A DNA stretch of 63,253 bases, filler included, from Octopus bimaculoides (Eukaryota), in NCBI RefSeq assembly GCF_001194135.2. It is 6 parts of 6 records of this genome, joined end to end, with 100 filler letters (N's around TTAATTAATTAA, not from the genome) between each part and the next. Parts side by side here need not be neighbours in the genome. Positions count along the whole stretch, not along the records: positions 49,292 to 55,019 come from NC_068988.1; positions 55,120 to 59,617 come from NC_068983.1; positions 59,718 to 61,996 come from NC_069002.1; positions 62,097 to 63,253 come from NW_026308245.1; 2 more parts are not named here. The stretch is one strand, 5' to 3'. Below, in pieces: positions 52,663 to 63,253 of this stretch. The position numbers were made by a program, and so were the translations under genes. Below the pieces are notes generated by a model. The model was not told the DNA's origin and did no database searches. It saw only the letters and a program-made list of their open reading frames with translations. Within the stretch, counting starts at the first letter, position 1. The number at the start of each line of letters is the position of its first letter.

Positions 52663-53697
52663 AACACACACATATTATAAGATGGGCTTCTTTTCAGTTT
52701 CTGCCAAGCAAATCTCAACATCATGTGATGGTGGTAAGCAGACATAGGTTCATTTGCAATGTACCATGAGAAAGTGAATGACCATGAAGAAATATTATTT
52801 GGAAGTAGACAAGAGTTTGTAACAGGAAGAGCATCCAACTACAGAAGATCTGCCTCAGCAAATTCTGACTGACCCATGCAAGCATAGAAAAGTGGAAGTT
52901 AAAACAACGATGATGATTACCATTATCTCATAGAAGACGGTAGAAAGTTATCTTTGTATTCTATGATGAGAATTCCAAGCCAAGAACAACATAGCATTCA
53001 TCAGAGAATTTCACCAGAAATTGTCCCTGAACTTAATGGCATTTGAGAAAATTTGACTGCTATTTCTAGCAGATTGGGAAACTGTACAGAAGCTTCCTCA
53101 TGTGTATGCAGTAGTAATGTTTTGATTGGTTAAAAGTTATTTTGATGGTTGTTGCTTATTTTTCTTTTTGCTTCTTCCTGCTTATTTTACCAAAAGTCTG
53201 AGAGAAGCAAAACTAAACAAATATGGAACATAAGAACTCAGTGAAGGAATGATTTCTGTTTTTTGTTTTTAATTTCACATGTTCGTCATTAACCAGAAAT
53301 AAATCGAAATACCTCAAGTTATTCAGTGCTTAAATTTTAATTATAAAATCCCTCAAGAAGAAAATTGAAATTTAAAAAAAAAAAGAAAAACTTTGCAAGA
53401 ACTGTTGCTATTAAAATTAATGGTATGTCTTCAAAATATATCTTTTTGGATTCAATGTTTCCTGCTGTACCCCACCACCCTGCCATCACGATCCAGCCAA
53501 TTAGCACCAACTCAAGTACTCTGTTACTCTATGCAAAGATGCGTGGCTTAGTGGGTAGGATATTAGTCTCGTGGTCATATAGTTGCAAGTTCAAGTCCTA
53601 GAGGTGCATAGTGTTCCTGAGCAAGCACCTTATTTCACATTACTCGGGTCAGCCTTCTCTCATTCTGTGTTGCTCTGAAATCTCCCTGAAAACTACA

Positions 53698-53860
53698 TTA
53701 ACCCTTTCAATACCAATCCGGCTGAAACTGCCTCTGGCTCTGAGTACAAATGTCTTGTTTTCATAAGTTCTCAACTAAAATCTTTCCCCAAACCTTAGTC
53801 ACAATTTATGTTCCTAACACTAGCTCAATGACAATCAAGACAGAATTGGAAGTGCATTGT
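53698..53860 (+). mobile_element. Possible piggyBac-type MITE end (TTAA-CCCTTT)
   Basis: Starts ttaaccctttcaatacc; the partner end was not found. Confidence 0.35.
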
Positions 53861-54024
53861 GACCAGTGGTGTATAACAACATCTGATGGTCTGCTTGATA
53901 CTGTGTTATGTGGTGTGTGTGTGTGTGTGTGTATCCCTTGTCTCAGTAGCAAGATGATGGTTCTAAACGAACATCAGCATCATCATACAAGCTATGTTGT
54001 TCATTTACAGTCTTCTATAAACAA

Positions 54025-54070
<46 letters not shown>

Positions 54071-54080
54071 NNNNNNNNNN

Positions 54081-54122
<42 letters not shown>

Positions 54123-56181
54123 AAAGAAAGGCAAAGACATCAGGTCAGGAGGGAAACATGGCAACAAGATGGGTATTTGGCCTTAGAAAATCTTGCTTGA
54201 CAAATTCAGTCCGACACATGCAAGCAAGGAAGTGTACACATCAGAATGCTGACAACGATGACAATGATGATGATGATGATAACGATGATGATGACGGTGG
54301 TGATGATGATGATGATGATGATGATGGTTTTGCAGTGCGTTGCTGTAGTAAATTGAGTCTGATATTCTTTAAGGATTGATAAATGTAAGTAATCAATAGT
54401 GATGATTGACCTCTGACAAATTTCGTTAATCATTTGTAATAAGTTGCTATTCTCTCTAATAATATTCAGTTTTTTTAAAATTAAGTTCAGTCACTGAGTC
54501 AGCGCTGGTTGAGGTTCTCTGGATCACACTAGTGTATATACGAAGAGGAAAAACTTCATTTTATAACTGAGAATATTTCTTTAGATTTTATTTTAAAATG
54601 AAATAAAATGAAAATTGCAGTATCGTTTAAAAAAAAAAATAGTAAAAAAGATGTTACCTTTTTTCTTTGAGATAAGCTTTAGCTGACTGAACTCTTTCGA
54701 AAATATTGGATAAAAATTTAAAAAGAACTTAAAACCACCAAAAAAAAGTTCTTGAAATGAATGTAGATTTGTAGGTAAAATATACGTTTGTGTGCACACA
54801 CAAAGACACACATATATATAGACATATGTATAAAGACACACGGACAAAGAAATAAACACACATATAAACAGATATATAAATAAATAGCATTGATAAGTAA
54901 AAAGTTTTGATGGAAATTTTGATAAGACTAGAATTCTAAAAGAACCTTAAAATATCGAATGGTGATATATTTAGATGTGGAAGGATCAATCTTAAAACTA
55001 TACAAAATGTATATATATANNNNNNNNNNNNNNNNNNNNNNNNNNNNNNNNNNNNNNNNNNNNTTAATTAATTAANNNNNNNNNNNNNNNNNNNNNNNNN
55101 NNNNNNNNNNNNNNNNNNNATATATATATATATATACATATATATACATGTATACATATATATACATATATATTCTTATACATATGTTTGTGTGTCTGCT
55201 TGTGTGTAGTGTGTGTGTTTGCATGGAGCATGTCTGTGTGTATGTGTGTGTGGCAAGAAATAGATAGAGATAGAAAGAGAGAGATAGAGAATATTATTGA
55301 TCACGATAATCTTGATTATACAAATAAACATAAACATATTTAGGAACGAGGCCTTCATATCTTCCAATAGCTAAGTACATAGCATAAGAATAAAAAGTGG
55401 CCACTAGTTATGTTTTCTTGCACTAATTGGCTCGCTGTCAAGAGCTATTAGTGAAATAAGGCATACAGAAAAAAGGACAGTAACAGTAGATGACTTCAGA
55501 AAACAGAAAACAACAGACATCATTTGTAAGGACATATGCTTACTTCTTTTCCGTGGTAGGAAAGAAATTCCTCTAAACATGGTCTGAATGTTGTAATTTG
55601 AGGATCGGAGAGAACATTCGCAAAAACAGTTGCGTGATATTTACTTAAGACGAAGTACTGTATTGCATATATTTATATAATTTGTCTTCAATGCTACATA
55701 CTTGAAGTATCTATTCGTAAACTCTCTTTCAGTCCCTCCCTCTCTCCCTCTACCCCTTTCTCCCCCCTCTCCCCTCCCCNNNNNNNNNNNNNNNNNNNNN
55801 NNNNNNNNNNNNNNNNNNNNNNNNNNNNNNNNNNNNNNNNNNNNNNNNNNNNNNNNNNNNNNNNNNNNNNNNNNNNNNNNNNNNNNNNNNNNNNNNNNNN
55901 NNNNNNNNNNNNNNNNNNNNNNNNNNNNNNNNNNNNNNNNNNNNNNNNNNNNNNNNNNNNNNNNNNNNNNNNNNNNNNNNNNNNNNNNNNNNNNNNNNNN
56001 NNNNNNNNNNNNNNNNNNNNNNNNNNNNNNNNNNNNNNNNNNNNNNNNNNNNNNNNNNNNNNNNNNNNNNNNNNNNNNNNNNNNNNNNNNNNNNNNNNNN
56101 NNNNNNNNNNNNNNNNNNNNNNNNNNNNNNNNNNNNNNNNNNNNNNNNNNNNNNNNNNNNNNNNNNNNNNNNNNNNNNNNN

Positions 56182-56214
<33 letters not shown>

Positions 56215-56600
56215 TTTTATTCTTTTACTTGTTTCAATCATTTGACTGCGGCCCTGAAAATCGATCCCAGGACTTATTCTTTGTAAGCCTAGTACTTATT
56301 CTATCGGTACGTTTTCCCGAGCCGCTAAGTTATGGAGACGTAAACGCACAAGCATCGGTTGTCAAGCGATGTTGGGAGGACAGACACAGATACACAAACA
56401 TACTTACACACACACATACACATGCACACACGTATATGTATACGACGGGCTTCTTTCAGTTTCCATCTACCAAATCCACTCACAAGGCTTTGGTCGGGCC
56501 GAGGCTATAGCGTAGAACACTTTCCCAAGGTGCCACAGTGTGACACTGAACTCAGAACCATGTGGTTGGGAAGTAAGCTTCTTACCACACACCCACACAT
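56215..56600 (-). mobile_element. SINE family B, near full length
   Basis: Matches 24690-25095 along its length. Confidence 0.9.
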
Positions 56601-56834
56601 GCGCTTTCACACAGCCACGCCTGCGTCTCTACACAACCATATATATGCGCCTATATATACATGTCGACATCTCTGCTTACTCAACTTTGTCAGATCGTCT
56701 GACGAAGGCGAGCAAACGGAAATTTCAATTTCACTGTCATTACTCATCAATAATTCACCTCAGCGTCCAGTCAGAAGCCAGTGTAATATTCGAAACATTT
56801 AATATAAAATGCATATAATCTATAGAATCAATAT

Positions 56835-57041
56835 TGCTTTTAAATTTGGGTTCAGGACCAGAGAATATTTGTTGAAGGGCTTAAGTCGATTACATCGATC
56901 CCAGTGCTTTTATCTCTTGAAAGGGATAAAAGCCTAAATCGACCTTGGCGGAATTTGATCTCAGAACGTACACACGGGTGAAATACTGCTAATTTATTTT
57001 GTCGGCGTGCTAACGATTCTGCCAGCTTGCCCCCTTATTGA
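56835..57041 (-). mobile_element. SINE family A with a perfect 13-bp TSD (atagaatcaatat at 56822-56834 and 57042-57054)
   Basis: TSD and SINE body read directly. Confidence 0.88.
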
Positions 57042-59576
57042 ATAGAATCAATATGAATGTGATAAGACTATATTAAGTTATTGAAAATTCTGAATGCGCC
57101 TTACAGAATGTTGGAAATCGAGCGACTGACTTTAAATTGTACTTTCGAGTGCCCATGCCTCTGTATACACGTTCTAGTGACATTGCAAAATATCAATATA
57201 ATTGATGATATGCGATTCGCCCTGGTGTACACTGAAGAAATATTTACGCTGGGTCTATAAAAGTAAATATAATTAATAGCTAATTAACGGACAGAGTCAC
57301 AATCGATTGAAAAGTTTGCAAAAGCAACGAAAGTTTTCGAAGAAAAGATATAAATAATAAATGAATGGTAATCGGACCGGTGAGTGTGTTGGTTAATAAG
57401 GCATTAATACCATATGATTCTGCCCAGATATAATAAAATGGGAAGAATCACAACAAATTATTGAAGGACTTTGCTGGAAGCGTAATAATCTTATGTTTGT
57501 GAGGTTTTGTAATCTTGTCTGTTATGGAATAATAGCGGAGTATTAACATTTGCATTGGCGCCAATGATGTGAGGGTTACTATAAGTCCGAAATTTGAACT
57601 TGGCCCTTAGTATGGTCACTGCCACAGGCTGTGACATGTGAAACAGGTAAACTGGAAACGTCTCGCACATCAGACTTTCAAGCCAGGATAATGTCAATTT
57701 TGTGACCGAGCTTTGATCTTGGATGTGTTCATGTGATTTTATGTCTGCATTTGTGCCTAAGAAAGTGCTACAAAAGTTAGCATTTAGTCCAGAGTAAAGT
57801 TGAGGTGAGTACATTTCATTACTATTCTCATAACCAAGTGAACTCCGAATTTCAAATTGTTTAGCAACACAATCACAGAACAATAAGTTTGTCATGTGTA
57901 GGTGTTACAAAAATGGTATCTCTGAGTGACTCAAAAAGATAAGATTGTATCCTAGTTTGCCTGAAGAGTTGGCAGACAAAACGACATGCTACACACACAC
58001 GCACACACACACACATACACACTCACACACACACACATACACACACGCACTCATTCACACACACATACATACACGCTCGAACACATACATACACAAATAG
58101 AAATACATGCATTCCTTTATTATGTATATGTANNNNNNNNNNTATATATATATATATATATATATATGCGTATATGTATGAATGTATATAATATATGTAT
58201 TTAGTGGTTGGATAAAACTATTGAACAGAACAGAATGAGATGTGCTAGTAAGATAATGCTGTAATGGTATGCTAGCGTGTGGTAAGATAGTATAATATCT
58301 AAAAGTGTATCTTAATTTGTTTTGGTTTTTTAAGTCTATTCACCGAACAAATTGAACTTAAAGGAAATAGTTTTGCTTCCTTTATGCAGCATTGCATCGA
58401 CAAAACCTTCCACATCAATCTAACACATTGATGGTTATTTTAAACCACTCGAACACGTCTGTATTGATAGTTTTCTTACTACTTTGTAATAATCTATGAT
58501 ATGGTTCTAATGCAGAAACTGATATTTGCACGATTCTTGTAACGATGTTCCTGCTCAAGGTGTTAAAACTGTTAATAGAGGTGAAGTGATAGAGAATATT
58601 GTTTTTATTCCCCGTTTTACAGCGGTGTTTTTGTTTTTTTCCTTGTTGTTGTTCATGATGTTCATTTCATGTTTTAATGATGTAATAAGGTTTCTAATTA
58701 ACCTTTCAGATTGAATCAAAATTTTTCATCTCACGTAATTTGAACAGGACAGAATTATGAATCATGAAATTATGGTTTCGTACGCAGATATTAGGCCATT
58801 AAGGCGGCCAATTAGTAGAATCGTTATACCCACGAATAGATTGGTTTAAAGTAATAGGCTCTGAGTTCAAATACCACCGAAGTAATATTTGCCTGCATTG
58901 GAGTCGTTTCCTCCATTTCTCTCACTCTTTCTGTACGACAGCCTCCTTTTCTATAAAAACTCAACTGCTGCATCAGCTTATATACGTCATATGTCAGGAC
59001 GGGAAGCTTACAATTCCATCCGAGAAATAAGCACCTACGGCAAGTCATAAGCCTACTAGCATTCGGAATAAGACATATATTCGCCTACATCTATGTGTAG
59101 TTACTTTAACTGAACCGTGTTGAATCGAAATTAGAACAATGTAGAGAAAATTTAACTTCAAATGTGAAGAGAAATTACGAAACACCATTAAGTGTTCCTT
59201 TTGATGCGCCGCCGATTCTCTCAAAACGACACAGAAAATGTTAAAATGACAAAGACATACAACGAGGCTTTGCAAACGCTTCGAACAATATCCTTTCACT
59301 TTGACCCCCAAAATAAAACACATGGCACTTAAGATAAGTTCATACATACTGCATACATGCAAACCGAATATACACATAGTAAATACGTACAAGAAAATGA
59401 TAGTCGTCATTCACAAGCGGACGTAAATCGGACACCTGTACTTACACATATAAGCGTAACACACACAAGTACACACACATACACTCATTCCCACACATAC
59501 ACATATACACATAAGCGCATACGTATATATCTGCATGTATATGTGTGTATATACCTACACACACACAGATACACAC

Positions 59577-59617
<41 letters not shown>

Positions 59618-59717
59618 NNNNNNNNNNNNNNNNNNNNNNNNNNNNNNNNNNNNNNNNNNNNTTAATTAATTAANNNNNNNNNNNNNNNNNNNNNNNNNNN
59701 NNNNNNNNNNNNNNNNN

Positions 59718-59759
<42 letters not shown>

Positions 59760-60041
59760 TTCGTGCTTGTTACTGCTGGAATGATTTTCGTTTCCCGCCG
59801 ATATACATTGTTTTCAAGTACAGGACGTGTATAAGAGATGTTATCTCCGGGCGAACACCGCAGTAAATTTGCCTTTCAATGATGTATTTACACATTGATG
59901 GGCTATTAACATATCTTCTATTGTCTACAAACTTCATTACTAGCCGACATGTCTTCGTGTGTCCTGCTTTCTACTTTTTATATCAGCGCACGCGTACATG
60001 TGTATTTATTTGTATCAATATACGTACAAACAAATATGTAC

Positions 60042-60091
<50 letters not shown>

Positions 60092-60416
60092 ATACACATA
60101 TATATATATATATATGTGTGTGTGTTAATGTTTGTAGTTGTTGAGTTATGTATAAAAACAATATATATATATATATATATATAAATACAGATACCTACAT
60201 ACACACATACATAAACACGCGCACACAACACCCAGAAGCGCGCGCGCACACATACACACACACACGCACACACACACATACACATGCACAAACTCACACT
60301 TTTGATTGACAATCTCTATGATTCTGTCATAATTCATTTACCAATGATTGAGCTGATATGAATATGTATATGATTGCGTGCATAGACTACTATACATACA
60401 TACATACATACATACA

Positions 60417-60447
<31 letters not shown>

Positions 60448-61274
60448 GTATATATGTATATATATATATATTAATGTACAATGTGTATCTATGTCAATGA
60501 TCTATGCATAACTAAAGTTATANNNNNNNNNNNNNNNNNNNNNNNNNNNNNNNNNNNNNNNNNNNNNNNNNNNNNNNNNNNNNNNNNNNNNNNNNNNNNN
60601 NNNNNNNNNNNNNNNNNNNNNNNNNNNNNNNNNNNNNNNNNNNNNNNNNNNNNNNNNNNNNNNNNNNNNNNNNNNNNNNNNNNNNNNNNNNNNNNNNNNN
60701 NNNNNNNNNNNNNNNNNNNNNNNNNNNNNNNNNNNNNNNNNNNNNNNNNNNNNNNNNNNNNNNNNNNNNNNNNNNNNNNNNNNNNNNNNNNNNNNNNNNN
60801 NNNNNNNNNNNNNNNNNNNNNNNNNNNNNNNNNNNNNNNNNNNNNNNNNNNNNNNNNNNNNNNNNNNNNNNNNNNNNNNNNNNNNNNNNNNNNNNNNNNN
60901 NNNNNNNNNNNNNNNNNNNNNNNNNNNNNNNNNNNNNNNNNNNNNNNNNNNNNNNNNNNACAGGGACACAGTACAGTGAAAAGTGGAGGGAAAGTGAGCA
61001 AGAAGAGAAGGCAAGGGAATGTGAGTGAGGGGGAATGAAAGAACGAAGAATGGAATGAACGAATAAGGGTGAAAGGGCTGATAGACAGAAATAGAGTCAT
61101 ACAAGATTTAGAAAAATGTGTACTTATATATAAGAGACAAGGTCCCATTCTGTATTTATATACACACATACACATATATAAACGCACTGACACCAACGTA
61201 TGCATGTATTTATATATATATATATATGTGTATGTATGTGTGTGCATGTGCCTATGCTTTTCACGTCCGTACGT

Positions 61275-61480
61275 TCATATGTATGTATGTATGTATGTAT
61301 GTGTGTATGTATGTATGTATGTGTGTGTATGTATGTATGTATGTATGTATGTATGTATGTATGTATGTGTGTATGTATGTATGTATGTGTGTGTATGTAT
61401 GTATGTGTGTATGTTTGTATGTATGCATGCATGTATGCATGTATGTATGTATCTATGTACATATGTATGTACGTCCATAT
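61275..61480. repeat. (GTAT)n/(GT)n microsatellite
   Basis: Direct reading; explains the long ORFs at 61069-61719. Confidence 0.95.
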
Positions 61481-61935
61481 GTATGCACCTACACACACGC
61501 ACACGCACACACGCGCACGTATTCACACACACACAGAGTAAAATCGGCCTCGAAGGACGATGCCAAGAAGGAGCTGAATACATGAAAGAACCAAAGTATA
61601 TGTTATGGAGAGGAATTACCATAAACATCACATTAGAGACGAGTGTGCAAGATTGGAAGAATTCAAGAAGGGGAGCAGAAAGAGGCGGCGGCTTAAGTGG
61701 CCATCACACAGACATTTAGGAAAAGTTCAACAGTGCAAAATCTGCTGGGTTGAATGTGTCAACCAAACCTAACATTAGTGAGAATTATCATAGTACAATG
61801 GCCTGTTTCAATATACCATAGACAGACACTGTATTGCTTTTGGCTTATTGTTATTTTAATCATAGATCGAAGCTAAATATGAAGTTTTGTTGATGTTGTT
61901 GTTGTTGCCTTAGGCCCAGGTCAATTTTGATCGAG

Positions 61936-61996
<61 letters not shown>

Positions 61997-62744
61997 NNNN
62001 NNNNNNNNNNNNNNNNNNNNNNNNNNNNNNNNNNNNNNNNTTAATTAATTAANNNNNNNNNNNNNNNNNNNNNNNNNNNNNNNNNNNNNNNNNNNNGAAT
62101 AGGAGAAATATAACCACGGAAAGCATCATATAGTTTGTTCTTCTATCGTTAACCATAATTCACAGGACATCGTGGTGTCCAGGGCAGGTAGGGGTTACCC
62201 ATAGGACACGTAATGCCACACATCTGCAACATTGCTTTGCTATGTAGACGTCACTACCAATCAGAATGCCTGGCAACAGGCAGCTTCAATGAAAGTATCA
62301 CCCGACAAGGTCCGCCGCCCTATCATCACTTGATGTCAGTCGTGCCTGGCTGAGAGAAGTCTCCTATGGAAACAGGGCCTGGACCAGCGTCAACGAAACC
62401 TGGTCAATATGAAATTGATTGCCGCTCACATCAGCTCTATAGATCTCGGTGCCGTGACCCTACAAATATCTGGGACTGCTCCATCATCTGCAAAGTGCAC
62501 GTCCCGTCTATTTGCGTACATCATTCCTTCAAGTGACAAACTTGTTTTTCTCCAAGGACGTGCGCACCACTCTCGTGTTAGTTATCCCCACATCTCCAGA
62601 ACTGGAGAATGGTGTGTCAATGTAGGCATTCCGATGGAAACATTTCGAAACTCTGTTATCTGCTTCTTATTGACATGGATTGGAAAAGGGAAAAACAACC
62701 TATACTATTGCGTTCTGTTGTTTGTTTAGACACAGATAGATATA

Positions 62745-62880
62745 TGTAGCTTGCTTACCAACCACATGGTTCAGGGTTCAGTCCCACTGCGTGGAACCTT
62801 AGGCAAGTGTCCTTCTACTATAAGCCGCGGGCTGACCAAAGCCTTGTGAGTGGATTTGGTAGACGGAAACTGAAAAAAGC

Positions 62881-62916
<36 letters not shown>

Positions 62917-63253
62917 TGTAGGAGTGACTGTGTTAAGTAGCTGCTTATGAACCACATGGTTCCGGCTTCAGTCCCACTGTGTGGCACCTTGGGCAGGTGT
63001 CTTCTACTATAGCCGTCTATATTGTCCCCCAACCCCATTCCAAAACACTTTCACCGCAAATTTTGTATAGTCAGAATCTCCATAGAGACAGACAGAAAGA
63101 AAGAAAGGGTGGAGAGGGAAGGGGAGAAGAAAGAATGCAAAGAGAAAGAGTGAGAGAGAAAAGGCAACAGGGAGGAGGAGGTAGTGGAGGAATAGAGACA
63201 GACGGTTCCAGGTTCAGTCCCACTGCATGGCACCTTGGGCAAGTGGCTTCTAC
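62745..63253 (+). mobile_element. Three tandem SINE family B heads (about 62745-62890, 62915-63020, 63205-63253)
   Basis: ggttcagtcccactg..tgg.accttgggcaagtg repeated three times. Confidence 0.85.

Noticed and set aside
56699-56725. CTGACGA-A-GGC...GGAAA hammerhead-like motif
   Set aside because: Stem II cannot pair and stem III/NUH is absent; at most a very decayed copy.
59185-59330. VFLLMRRRFSQNDTENVKMTKTYNEALQTLR..., resembling a cytoplasmic tail exon
   Set aside because: No polypyrimidine acceptor; a short open frame consistent with chance.
61069-61719. ORFs of 100-216 aa made of YI/CV/HT/MYV repeats throughout the window
   Set aside because: Translations of di- and tetranucleotide microsatellites.

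Overview
AT-rich, gapped eukaryotic genomic DNA. I infer an octopus (coleoid cephalopod) intron or intergenic region from the dense microsatellites and from tRNA-headed SINE families I recognise as octopus-type; no database search was run. About 6 kb is N-gap. Five gaps carry an artificial 100-bp spacer (N44-TTAATTAATTAA-N44). Most ORFs in the supplied track are microsatellite or N read-through and are not genes. The window is dominated by mobile-element fossils: at least 3 SINE families (about 30 copies), decayed LINE pieces (gag-knuckle ORF1, RTE-like tails, an R4/NeSL-like tail, Penelope GIY-YIG), a hAT/Buster and a mariner transposase pseudogene, two mariner-type MITEs and two foldback elements. 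No complete gene can be assembled. Several short spliceable exon candidates exist; the best is a + strand terminal exon at 21256-21409 ending in a GPI-signal-like tail. The most unusual structures are a (CCCTAA)3 telomeric insertion between perfect 57-bp duplications, non-canonical minimal hammerhead-ribozyme motifs in Penelope-like tails, and a 350-bp-arm foldback with a SINE at its centre whose empty site is preserved nearby. I found no evidence for a complete novel multi-gene system.
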